From an uncultured Candidatus Saccharibacteria bacterium (lineage in GTDB: Bacteria > Patescibacteriota > UBA1384 > XYA2-FULL-43-10 > 1-14-0-10-43-13): a DNA stretch of 32,000 bases. The notes beneath the pieces are model-generated. The model was not told the origin of the DNA. It did not search any database and was given only the letters and a program-made list of their open reading frames with translations. The translations under genes were made by a program, and so were the position numbers. The first letter of the stretch is position 1, and every line of letters begins with the position of its first letter. The stretch covers positions 630,001 through 662,000 of the forward strand of contig CAZIYE010000001.1 of the NCBI GenBank assembly GCA_964543385.1. Reading direction: 5' to 3'. Shown here piece after piece: positions 8,244 to 16,067 of the stretch.

Positions 8244-10585
8244 AAGTAAATATATCTATATCGGGCATGCACTGTGCTTCTTGTGCTTCTCTGATAGAAG
8301 AGGCACTTAAAAAAAATGTTGGAGTTAAGCAAATCATTGTCAACTTTGCGGCCGAAAAGGCCTCCGTTATTTTCGATGATGATCAAACAAATATAGATAA
8401 TATATTAGCTATAATAAAAAAATCTGGATACGACGCCGTGTTAACCAATGAAGGTAATATCAGATCGGACGATAAAAAAAAGCAACAAGAAATTGATAGA
8501 TGGTGGGGAAAGTTTATTTTTGGATTAACTTTTTCTATCCCAATGCTATATTTTATGATTCTTGATTTCTTCCCAGATCTCCCGGGAGGAAATTTATTGC
8601 CTCCATATTTTGGGATTATCTCGCTTATTCTAACCGTTCCTATTCAATTTATTATTGGAGCCGGATTCTATAAGGGCATGTGGTCAAGTCTCAAGATGAG
8701 GACATTTAACATGGACTCATTGATTGCTATTGGTACCTCGACTGCTTTTTTCTATAGTTTGATAAATTTCATACTATATATGATTTACAAAGGCTCAATC
8801 TTGGGCTTAGATGGAACAAAGATTTCAGATCTATATTTTGAGACTGCAGCATTTCTGATTACATTTGTTGTCTTGGGAAAGTGGCTTGAGGCTAAAGCCA
8901 AAGGCAAAACTAGCGATGCAATTAAGAAATTAATGGGTTTGCAAGCTAGAAACGCAAGAGTAATCCGTGATGGCAAGACTCTCAATATTGAAATTGATGA
9001 AGTAATTCACGGAGATATTATTTTGGTCAGACCCGGCGAGAAAGTGCCTGTTGATGGTGTTATTACCAAAGGATTCTCTGCTCTGGATGAATCCATGGTT
9101 ACTGGAGAAAGCTTGCCGGTTGAAAGGCGGGTTGGAGATAAAGTAATAGGTGCTACTCTTAATAAAACTGGTAGTTTTGAATTTGAGGCTACTAAGATCG
9201 GCGCAGAAACTACTTTATCTCAAATTATCCGTTTGATTGAAGAAGCGCAAGGTTCAAAAGCCCCGATTCAAGCCTTTGCTGACAGAATTTCCTCTTGGTT
9301 TGTACCGGTAGTTATTAGTTTGGCAATCATAACTTTAATAGTTTGGTTGCTATTAGGTGCAGGACTTCCTTTTGCTCTGATGGCTTTTACCGCTGTTATT
9401 GTGATTGCTTGTCCTTGTGCACTTGGTCTTGCTACTCCGACTGCAATTATGGTCGGAACAGGTAAAGGCGCAGAGCATGGTATTCTAATAAAGGGCGGTG
9501 AGCCGCTAGAGGCTGCCGAAAAAATTAAGGCAATAGTTTTTGATAAAACAGGCACTCTAACAAATGGTAAGCCTGAGGTTACTAATATCTTATCTTCCTC
9601 TAGTACTGATGAAGACGACATACTCCAAATTTCCGCTTCCTTAGAAAAATCCTCAGAGCATCCTTTGGCTGAAGCTATTTATAGTTATGCCAATGAAGAA
9701 GGAATTAAACTTGATGAAGTTACTGATTTCAAGGCAATCCCCGGTCATGGTGTCGAAGGCAAGATAAATGGTAAAAAATATTTCTTTGGAAACCGAAGAC
9801 TTGCTACAGATGTTGTTGGTCTAGATATTAGTAAGATCAATCGCAAGATGTCAAGAATCGAAGAAGATGGTAAAACTGTAATGATTTTAACCTCTAAAAA
9901 AGAAATCCTAGGTTTGATAGGTGTAGCTGATACAGTCAAAGAGACTTCGAAAGAAGCTGTAGAAAAACTCAAAAAGATGGGTATCGATGTTTGGATGATT
10001 ACCGGTGATAATCAGCGAACTGCTAATGCAATCGCTAAGGAAGTTGGCATTACCAATATTCTTGCTGAAGTGCTTCCTGAGGACAAAGCCAACGAAGTCA
10101 AAAAACTTCAGGAAAGTGGCAAAATTGTGGCAATGGTCGGAGATGGTATTAACGACGCCCCTGCTCTGGCTCAAGCCGATCTTGGTATTGCTATGGGCTC
10201 TGGTACTGATGTAGCCATAGAAGCCGGTGGCATTGTTATTATTAAGAACGATCTAAGAGATGTGGTAAAAGCGATTGAACTTTCCAGAGAAACTATGGGC
10301 AAAGTCCGCCAGAATATGTTTTTTGCTCTTTTTTATAATGTGATTAGTATTCCTATTGCCGCCAGAGTTTTTGTTGACTTGGGTCTTATATTAAAGCCTG
10401 AGCTAGCTGGTTTAGCCATGGCAATGAGCTCAATTTCTGTCGTCTCGAACTCGATATTGCTTAGAGGTTTCAGGCCTCATAAAAAAAACTGGCTCTCCAC
10501 TATTGCTCCAATAATTATGACTTTCGTATTTACTATATTGTTTCTGTGGTTCGCTCGTCTTAGCTCTGAAATGTCAGGAAAATAG
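8240..10585 (+). CDS. copA: Copper-translocating P1B-type ATPase
   Basis: HMA GMHCASC, TGES, CPC ([11 protein letters not shown]), [20 protein letters not shown]. The ATGA overlap with the upstream gene suggests translational coupling. Confidence 0.95.
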   Translation: MKVNISISGMHCASCASLIEEALKKNVGVKQIIVNFAAEKASVIFDDDQTNIDNILAIIKKSGYDAVLTNEGNIRSDDKKKQQEIDRWWGKFIFGLTFSIPMLYFMILDFFPDLPGGNLLPPYFGIISLILTVPIQFIIGAGFYKGMWSSLKMRTFNMDSLIAIGTSTAFFYSLINFILYMIYKGSILGLDGTKISDLYFETAAFLITFVVLGKWLEAKAKGKTSDAIKKLMGLQARNARVIRDGKTLNIEIDEVIHGDIILVRPGEKVPVDGVITKGFSALDESMVTGESLPVERRVGDKVIGATLNKTGSFEFEATKIGAETTLSQIIRLIEEAQGSKAPIQAFADRISSWFVPVVISLAIITLIVWLLLGAGLPFALMAFTAVIVIACPCALGLATPTAIMVGTGKGAEHGILIKGGEPLEAAEKIKAIVFDKTGTLTNGKPEVTNILSSSSTDEDDILQISASLEKSSEHPLAEAIYSYANEEGIKLDEVTDFKAIPGHGVEGKINGKKYFFGNRRLATDVVGLDISKINRKMSRIEEDGKTVMILTSKKEILGLIGVADTVKETSKEAVEKLKKMGIDVWMITGDNQRTANAIAKEVGITNILAEVLPEDKANEVKKLQESGKIVAMVGDGINDAPALAQADLGIAMGSGTDVAIEAGGIVIIKNDLRDVVKAIELSRETMGKVRQNMFFALFYNVISIPIAARVFVDLGLILKPELAGLAMAMSSISVVSNSILLRGFRPHKKNWLSTIAPIIMTFVFTILFLWFARLSSEMSGK

Positions 10586-10706
10586 GTAACCAACGCTTTT
10601 TTAGAATTGAAAGATTAGCCATGGTGATACCAACTTTTTCCGATAATTCCGTTACGCGCATTTTGCGCATAGCTAACATGATATCAACATTTATTATTAT
10701 CGCCAT
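10560..10706 (-). pseudogene. Truncated YozG-like (XRE-type) HTH transcriptional regulator
   Basis: Hand translation gives MAIIINVDIMLAMRKMRVTELSEKVGITMANLSILKK, then unrelated residues ([11 protein letters not shown]) and a stop. AAGGAG RBS at 10711-10716. The 3' part runs into the copA 3' end. Homologues I recall are about 65-75 aa and continue after ...NLSILK... Confidence 0.55.
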
Positions 10707-10956
10707 TTTTCTCCTTAAACCGTCAATAGAGTGATTAGAGTTTAAATTTGAACACTAGTCAGTAAATGTATGCTAAGTATTTGTTATTCATCTCTGAATA
10801 TGTTATTACAAAGTTAATCGGTTTTAATACTCCTGTCCTGCCCTTGGGGTACAATAAAAGGAATCCGATCTCGAAAATCAAGGGCCCCAAACTATTCATA
10901 ATCCCTTATGGGAGGTCGGGTTGAATAGTCTATCAATCTAACATCTTTGGAGAGTT

Positions 10957-11160
10957 ATGGACGACAAAGAATTCAACAAAGCCTTCGATGAAGCTACAAA
11001 GAAGAAAATGCTTGAGGAGCCAGACATCTGGTGGAAACCACGAAGACACAGATGGGATGAATGGGGCTCGCCGGTAGGATTGTCTCTCGGTTGGACACTA
11101 TTTATAGTTCCACTTGGCGTTTTCCTTTGGCTACTTCATCTTGCTGGACTCATAGGCTAG
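10957..11160 (+). CDS. Hypothetical small tail-anchored membrane protein
   Basis: 67 aa with a C-terminal TM segment (LGWTLFIVPLGVFLWLLHLAGLI). GGAG RBS at 10948-10951. A strong terminator follows. Confidence 0.55.
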   Translation: MDDKEFNKAFDEATKKKMLEEPDIWWKPRRHRWDEWGSPVGLSLGWTLFIVPLGVFLWLLHLAGLIG

Positions 11161-11166
11161 AAACAT

Positions 11167-11198
11167 AAAATCGTCCCGATATATATCGGGACGATTTT
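11167..11198 (+). terminator. Rho-independent terminator
   Basis: AAAATCGTCCCGATAT pairs with ATATCGGGACGATTTT to give a perfect 32-nt palindrome with a T-tract. Confidence 0.85.
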
Positions 11199-11225
11199 AT
11201 TAGGTAGTGCTCCAGAATTATCAGT

Positions 11226-11254
11226 TTGACTTTTTTCTTATTATCTGTTATTAT
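11226..11254 (+). promoter_or_regulatory. Sigma-70 promoter for the cold-shock gene
   Basis: TTGACT (11226-11231), 17-nt spacer, TATTAT (11249-11254). This leaves an approximately 75-nt 5' UTR, as is common for csp genes. Confidence 0.55.
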
Positions 11255-11334
11255 CAAATAGAATAATTTTGGGAAAATAGTCGATTTTCTCGGATAGATT
11301 TAATTTGATAACAACATAAACAATCATAAACACT

Positions 11335-11532
11335 ATGACAGGTACAATCAAAAAATTGACAGACAAGGGCTTTGGCTTTATTACTTCTCCAGAGTTGGGA
11401 AAAGATTTATTTTTTCACAAAAACTCTTGTGTAGATAATTTTGACACTTTCGCCGAAGGAAACGAAGTTTCTTTTGAGTCGGAAGATTCTCCAAAAGGAC
11501 TAAACGCAGTCAATGTTACATTGGTTAAATAA
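11335..11532 (+). CDS. csp: Cold-shock domain protein (CspA family)
   Basis: KGFGFI (RNP1) and LFFH (RNP2-like) motifs. 65 aa. Confidence 0.92.
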   Translation: MTGTIKKLTDKGFGFITSPELGKDLFFHKNSCVDNFDTFAEGNEVSFESEDSPKGLNAVNVTLVK

Positions 11533-11549
11533 CCGATATCCATTGTCCA

Positions 11550-11585
11550 AAAAAAACTCCTAGCATAAAAACTAGGAGTTTTTTG
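11550..11585 (+). terminator. Rho-independent terminator
   Basis: CTCCTAG (11557-11563) pairs with CTAGGAG (11572-11578). The stem is flanked by an A-run and a TTTTTT run. Confidence 0.8.
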
Positions 11586-11676
11586 TATTGGATAAGTAAT
11601 ATTAATTGGCTCTACACAACGGCCGAAGTTCGAGTTATAATTAGTTGAATGCAATGAGATAGACAAAATAGAAACT

Positions 11677-12666
11677 ATGAATAAAAAAAATTTTAGCAAG
11701 GGAGTAGAAGGACTTGTCGATCCAATAACTGTTGGGTCGCTTCATTTTATCCAACCGTTTAATCAGTTGTTGCCAAAGAAAATTCAGAAAAAAGTTGTTC
11801 AATCATCATCAAAAAAGACCTCCTATATGGGATTTGTAGTCGAACCATATAGCTTTTTTCTGTTTTACGAAATTTCTGATTTAGAAAAAGCCACAAATTT
11901 ATTGCCTGATGGTTTCAAAATGATAAAAACAAAAGTATTTGAGGAAGATGAGCCTAAATATTATTGCGTTTTTGGCTGTTTTCGGGCTCATACCAGTGCA
12001 TTTTGGGGTGTGAGAGCAGAATTTTACATTATTGCAGAAGATAAGCAAACTGGATTACTGAGCTGGATAATAGTTGACTATGATACTAATACTATTAGTT
12101 ATGACAGCGGGAATGGATTGCGCTCGCCCAATAGCAGCCGTGCCGTTGTAACAATTAATCATCGCGGAATGCTTTTTGTTGATATTAAAAGAGACGACGA
12201 TAACAGAGAGCTGGTTTGCGACGCAAATATCGAAAAAGGTGAGATGACGAAGCTTGACCAAAGGTTGTGGCTGGAGGGAAATCTCTCGATTGGATATGGT
12301 CGTGTTTTGTCAGAAAATGATGCCGATATTTTTTCTCTTAAGTTTGAGCCACTTGAGGTTGAGAAAGCGTTGAAAATCCCAACTGATAGTTTGGAGATCG
12401 AATCGAATACTTGGTATCCTGGATTATTTAAATCATTACCCTCGCAGATAGTTTGCTTTCCTTATGCACAGCATTTCGTTTCTGATAGTCCGGGGCATTC
12501 CAGTAATCTTAAAAACAGAGACGAACTAATCGCAGCTGAGGAGAATATAGATTTCTCTAAGTTAGAAGTTTTCTCTACCAAGTCATTCAAGGTAATGTTT
12601 ATAGTCGGATCGATAGTATCTTTTCTTGTCACCATGACTTTTTTCCTTCTCTGGTTGCTCAAATAA
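11677..12666 (+). CDS. Hypothetical protein with a C-terminal TM anchor, possibly with an acetoacetate-decarboxylase-like (DUF2071-like) fold
   Basis: 329-aa ORF with a C-terminal helix (VMFIVGSIVSFLVTMTFFLLWLL). The fold suggestion is a weak impression from the LPDGF...FGCFRA...EFYIIA region only. Confidence 0.5.
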   Translation: MNKKNFSKGVEGLVDPITVGSLHFIQPFNQLLPKKIQKKVVQSSSKKTSYMGFVVEPYSFFLFYEISDLEKATNLLPDGFKMIKTKVFEEDEPKYYCVFGCFRAHTSAFWGVRAEFYIIAEDKQTGLLSWIIVDYDTNTISYDSGNGLRSPNSSRAVVTINHRGMLFVDIKRDDDNRELVCDANIEKGEMTKLDQRLWLEGNLSIGYGRVLSENDADIFSLKFEPLEVEKALKIPTDSLEIESNTWYPGLFKSLPSQIVCFPYAQHFVSDSPGHSSNLKNRDELIAAEENIDFSKLEVFSTKSFKVMFIVGSIVSFLVTMTFFLLWLLK

Positions 12667-12895
12667 TTTGGCCAGTGTTTGGACCAAAAAAGGCCATCTG
12701 GGGATCAGTATTTTTATGTCTCTACACCGTGTTAGAAGTTGGAACTAGTTCTCAGCTGGCAATCGAATGAATATCAACTAAAAGGCTTAAAAGTGAGAAT
12801 AATAGTATTAAATATCAGCAAAATCTCAGTCTGTTTTTTTTGCATATTCGTGTTAGCATGTTGTTATGATATTAGGAAATTAAAAGGAGTCGAAA

Positions 12896-13819
12896 ATGGA
12901 ATTGACAAGTTCAACTATTGAACCAAAAAAGAACTCAGGTCTCATCAAAATGATCATTCTTATCGCAGCCGGAGTTTTGGTCTTGGGGAGTGTTTCATCC
13001 GTCGGTGCAGCGTATTATCAGTCTAATAAATTGATAAAAGAAGGGGATTCATTTAAAAATAATGGTGAATATTCTGCGGCCGCATCCAAATATGATCAAG
13101 CCATCAAAAAATGGAAAATGAATGAGTCTAAGGTCTCCACAAAAGTTGATGAGACAAAAACATTAATAAGCGAACAGGAAAAATATGACTTGGGTGAGAT
13201 TGCATACCAAAGACAAGATTGGCAAAATTGTAGCGATGAACTAAAGAAAGTATCCCCAGTTCACAAGAATTATAGTTCAGCTCTTTCTCACTCGCAAATC
13301 TGTCAGCAAAAGATGCAAGAAGAAGTCGATTTAGCTGCTAAAACCAAAGCAGATTTGGATGCTAAAACTGCCACCGACGCACAAATTGCTGCTGATGCTA
13401 AAGCCAAAGCTGATACTGCAGCCGCTAAAAAAGTCGCTGAAGCGAAAGCCAAGGCTGCTGAAGACGCCATAATTCCAACTCCGATCGATATTGTCATCAC
13501 GGCGCTCGACAGTGACAATAATAATAAGGTTATGGGCATTTACGAAGCACCAGCTGGTACCCCTGGTGCTGTCTATAATGGATATTACGAATTTGGTATC
13601 CCATTAAATAAATTTAAACTTACATACCCTTCTGTTTCTGGAGCGGTATCAGCCAGAGGTATTTTAGAAGAAGGTGCATCCACAATCACTGATTTGGGTG
13701 ATCTAAATTTGCAATTTAACGATGCTAAAATCGGTCTTAATGTTATCAGAGTTGAGGTTTTAAATTCAAAAGGCCAAATTATTGCTACTGGTAAAACAAG
13801 AATTGTTCGATATCCATAA
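12896..13819 (+). CDS. Hypothetical membrane-anchored protein with an Ala/Lys-rich low-complexity segment
   Basis: N-terminal TM helix (MIILIAAGVLVLGSVSSVGAAYY). Central AKTKADLDAKTATDAQIAADAKAKADTAAAKKVAEAKAKAAEDA stretch. C-terminal beta-rich domain. AAGGAG RBS upstream. Confidence 0.65.
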   Translation: MELTSSTIEPKKNSGLIKMIILIAAGVLVLGSVSSVGAAYYQSNKLIKEGDSFKNNGEYSAAASKYDQAIKKWKMNESKVSTKVDETKTLISEQEKYDLGEIAYQRQDWQNCSDELKKVSPVHKNYSSALSHSQICQQKMQEEVDLAAKTKADLDAKTATDAQIAADAKAKADTAAAKKVAEAKAKAAEDAIIPTPIDIVITALDSDNNNKVMGIYEAPAGTPGAVYNGYYEFGIPLNKFKLTYPSVSGAVSARGILEEGASTITDLGDLNLQFNDAKIGLNVIRVEVLNSKGQIIATGKTRIVRYP

Positions 13820-13942
13820 GCGACTCATTGACGAATCACTTATCGGTATAATTGCTTTTTGTAATCTTATACCTGAAATTTTGATATAGCATTTTAAAAT
13901 ATTTCGCATACAGTTAGTTGCAGAAAACCCTAATTAATATAT

Positions 13943-14035
13943 GTTCAAGTCCGTTGATCCATACAAAAAATAAAATAACTAGTCCTAGACTAGTTATTTC
14001 TATGGATCTGTGTAGTTGCAGAAGTTCGAGCTATT
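13943..14035 (+). repeat. Hairpin module copy 1: tRNA 3'-end-like fragment, 12-bp-stem hairpin and conserved right flank
   Basis: GTTCAAGTCC plus 13 nt (13943-13963). Hairpin AAATAACTAGTC-cta-GACTAGTTATTT (13973-13999). The right flank ends GAAGTTCGAGCTATT (to 14035). It is clearly homologous (not scored), with small indels, to copy 2 over about 90 nt. Confidence 0.8.
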
Positions 14036-14096
14036 TCTTGAGTATCGCAACTTTACCATATCTCAAATTGTGAGTTCCTGACAGGACCACTTCCAA

Positions 14097-14975
14097 TCAC
14101 ACATGAGGTGTTTCTTTTATCTCTGAATAAGACAATGTCTCTGGCCAAATCATATTTCCGTCCAAATCATAGACAGGTAGGCATTTTTCTGGACTTACTG
14201 TCGCTAAATGTTTCATGGTGTCAATTACTTCATTAACAGTTAAATCACTGCGAACATCTACGACAATACCCTTAAATTTCCCTTGACTAATCCTGAACGG
14301 AGTCGAAAAACCCGTTCCTTGATCTGTTTGATGATTGGAGTTGCTTTGCGGATCGAATCCGTTTTTGAGCTTCTGAAAATAATATGATGATTTCCCTCTG
14401 TCTGACTCTGAAGAAAAAGTGTTCATTACTTTAAAATCTGGCCTGCCAACTTCTTTAATACCGCTTAATGTTCCTGGCGGCAACTCCCTGTGTTTGCTTA
14501 TATCCAAAATTAGAGTGGCAGTATAATTTGCCATGTGTGTCTGTTTTATTTGCAAAGGCCCTTTTATGCCAGATATTCTTCCAACAATATTAAACCAAAC
14601 TCGGTTTCCGGGGATATCCCATTCTCTGGCACTTTTAGCCCAACCTGTAGCAAGGGCTTCTCTTCTTAATTCAAACGATGGATTGTTCTTCATTCTTTCT
14701 GGGGTACCCTTATTGCCCAATAGACCCATGTTTAAAATTTCCTGAAGCCTATCTCTTTCGACACCGTTACGAATTGAAGTAAAAGCAGTCCCGTACTCAT
14801 CTATATCGCATAGTTTTGACATAATCAAATCTTTGACTTCAGGACTCAGATTCAATTCTGGATTGACGGCATTATCCTCTTGGTTAGACTCGGTAGATAG
14901 TTTTGAAGCCTCCATGCGTTGCATTTCAGCCAAGGCTTCTGGCGGCAAATAACTTAATTCTTCATCCATTTGCAT
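14097..14975 (-). CDS. Hypothetical protein (292 aa) with no recognisable domain
   Basis: Long ORF bracketed by hairpin-module copies 1 and 2. No motif that I can name. Confidence 0.6.
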   Translation of the reverse strand: MQMDEELSYLPPEALAEMQRMEASKLSTESNQEDNAVNPELNLSPEVKDLIMSKLCDIDEYGTAFTSIRNGVERDRLQEILNMGLLGNKGTPERMKNNPSFELRREALATGWAKSAREWDIPGNRVWFNIVGRISGIKGPLQIKQTHMANYTATLILDISKHRELPPGTLSGIKEVGRPDFKVMNTFSSESDRGKSSYYFQKLKNGFDPQSNSNHQTDQGTGFSTPFRISQGKFKGIVVDVRSDLTVNEVIDTMKHLATVSPEKCLPVYDLDGNMIWPETLSYSEIKETPHV

Positions 14976-15049
14976 ACCTAATTTATTTACAAATTTGTAT
15001 TATCTTATTCAAAGAATTCTGGCCAAATATTACCACAATTACACAGTCA

Positions 15050-15139
15050 GTTCGAGTCCAAAGTGGAGGAAACAAAAAATAACTAGTCCTAGACTAGTTA
15101 TTTTCATGGCTCTGCACAGTGAACGAAGTTCGAGCTATT
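15050..15139 (+). repeat. Hairpin module copy 2
   Basis: GTTCGAGTCC plus 13 nt (15050-15070). Hairpin AAAATAACTAGTC-cta-GACTAGTTATTTT (15076-15104). Right flank ...GAAGTTCGAGCTATT (to 15139) overlaps the last codons of the Nudix gene. Confidence 0.8.
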
Positions 15140-15545
15140 GTAGCTTGATTTTTCTATCCAATACCATTTCAAAGAAAGTTTTGGTGGCTGTTTTCAATGG
15201 GAGATCCATTATTTCTTTTAGTGAGAACCAACCGAATGATGATGCTTCGTTCTTATCTAAAACAACTTTTTCATCTTTAATTAACTCTGCTTGCCAAAAT
15301 GAGAGACTTTTTACTTTATAGTCTGCAGGAAGGGTGATTAGTTTGTTCAAAGATTTTACTCTTAGTCGTGTCTCTTCAAAGACTTCTCTTTCAACTGATT
15401 CTGTTTCATCTTTGTCTAGTGAATTTATCCTTCCGTGGGGAGGAGACCACAATCCAGTCGATGGCTTTCGATTATCCTCTAAAAGCAATATTTTGTTGTC
15501 AGGGTTCTTGATGATTACTACAACTCCATGTTCTGTTGAATCCAT
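15135..15545 (-). CDS. Nudix hydrolase
   Basis: The sequence from GRINSLDKDETESVE through REVFEETRL is a near-canonical Nudix box (REUXEE present, spacing off by one). 136 aa. Confidence 0.8.
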   Translation of the reverse strand: MDSTEHGVVVIIKNPDNKILLLEDNRKPSTGLWSPPHGRINSLDKDETESVEREVFEETRLRVKSLNKLITLPADYKVKSLSFWQAELIKDEKVVLDKNEASSFGWFSLKEIMDLPLKTATKTFFEMVLDRKIKLQ

Positions 15546-15592
15546 TATCTCCTTTACATTAATAAATTAATCTTATCAATTTAGGGCGACCA

Positions 15593-15650
15593 GTTCGAGT
15601 CCAGTCTGATTTATACAAAAAATAACTAGTCTAGGACTAATTATTTTTAT
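15593..15650 (-). repeat. Hairpin module copy 3, in inverted orientation, serving as terminator of tRNA-Asn
   Basis: Hairpin at about 15617-15648 (AAAAATAACTAGTC-tag-GACTAATTATTTTT) with one C/A mismatch. Its loop is the reverse complement of the loop in copies 1 and 2. A plus-strand fragment, GTTCGAGTCC plus 13 nt, lies at 15593-15613. Confidence 0.75.
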
Positions 15651-15725
15651 TGGCTCCCTGAGCTGGACTCGAACCAGCAACATCTTCGTTAACAGCGAAG
15701 CGCTCTGCCATTGAGCTATCAGGGA
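15651..15725 (-). tRNA. tRNA-Asn: tRNA-Asn (anticodon GTT) with encoded CCA
   Basis: Hand-folded cloverleaf: acceptor TCCCTGA/TCAGGGA, D stem GCTC/GAGC, anticodon stem CTTCG/CGAAG with loop CTGTTAA, T stem GCTGG/CCAGC with loop TTCGAGT, discriminator G, then CCA. 75 nt. Confidence 0.93.
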
Positions 15726-15733
15726 ATAAATTG

Positions 15734-15982
15734 TTATTTTTCAAACAATGTTTTGATAAAATTTCTGCCAGCGTGGGATTTTAAATATTTTTCTCTTCCC
15801 AACGCTTCTTTTCTATTATCAAATCTTTCAGTATAAAAAATTTTCCATGGCTTGTATTTTCTGCTGAAATGATTCGATCCAGAATTGTGTTCAAGTAATC
15901 TTTTTTCAAGGTTATCAGTTACTCCAGTATAAGTCTTTGGCGATTTTTCACTGATTAGAATATAGATATAACTATCTGCCAT
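15734..15982 (-). CDS. GIY-YIG nuclease superfamily protein (UPF0213/YhbQ-like small URI-domain protein)
   Basis: YIYIL...YTGVTDNLEKRLLEHN...PWKIFY...REKYLK matches the GIY-YIG core (GIY-x10-YIG-like, R, E, N). Its stop lies 8 nt upstream of the tRNA-Asn 5' end. Confidence 0.88.
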   Translation of the reverse strand: MADSYIYILISEKSPKTYTGVTDNLEKRLLEHNSGSNHFSRKYKPWKIFYTERFDNRKEALGREKYLKSHAGRNFIKTLFEK

Positions 15983-15985
15983 TGC

Positions 15986-16067
15986 CCGTCCTTGCTGATT
16001 AATCAGCCAAGGCCGAGGTCTCGGCTCGCTTCGCGAGTCGGAAGCTATCAGGGAAAATGTATTTTTC
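15986..16067 (-). mobile_element. GC-rich three-hairpin leader of the GIY-YIG gene plus a duplicated tRNA-Asn 5' end, a putative insertion junction
   Basis: 16043-16054 equals tRNA nt 1-12 (TCCCTGATAGCT), and 16055-16067 resembles the sequence upstream of the real tRNA. Minus-strand hairpins are CTCGC-gaa-GCGAG, CCGAG-ac-CTCGG, and CCTTGGCTGAT-ta-ATCAGCAAGG. The 3' arm of the last hairpin contains the AAGGA RBS. Confidence 0.6.

Noticed and set aside
12739-12921. 60-aa plus-strand ORF upstream of the 307-aa gene
   Set aside because: It has a TTG start with no RBS, overlaps the well-initiated ATG 12896 gene, and has an implausible Cys/Phe-rich composition.
13828-13852. TTGACG...TATAAT as a promoter for a small RNA ending at hairpin copy 1
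   Set aside because: The spacer is only 13 nt, outside the functional 16-18 nt range. There is no other support.
14995-15321. 108-aa plus-strand ORF
   Set aside because: It has a low-complexity sequence, reads through hairpin-module copy 2, and is antisense to the Nudix gene, which has a recognisable motif.
13943-15613. Complete plus-strand tRNA genes ending at the three T-loop-like fragments
   Set aside because: For each fragment, the approximately 73 nt upstream lack a complementary 5' acceptor strand and a T-stem partner. For example, ACCAG does not pair with CCAGT at 15588-15605. They are fragments, not genes.
13973-15648. Hairpin repeats considered as a CRISPR array or as integron attC sites
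   Set aside because: There are only three copies, at irregular spacing of about 1.1 kb and 0.54 kb, with one inverted and genes between them, so this is not a CRISPR array. The stems lack the attC R''/R' consensus (RYYYAAC and GTTRRRY), and no integrase is present, so an integron is not supported. The cassette analogy is kept only as a weak idea in the findings.
15714-16056. Group I intron carrying a GIY-YIG homing endonuclease inside tRNA-Asn
   Set aside because: Non-coding sequence outside the ORF is only about 60 nt plus about 8 nt, too short for a group I core. In addition, an intact uninterrupted tRNA-Asn is present, so splicing is not needed.
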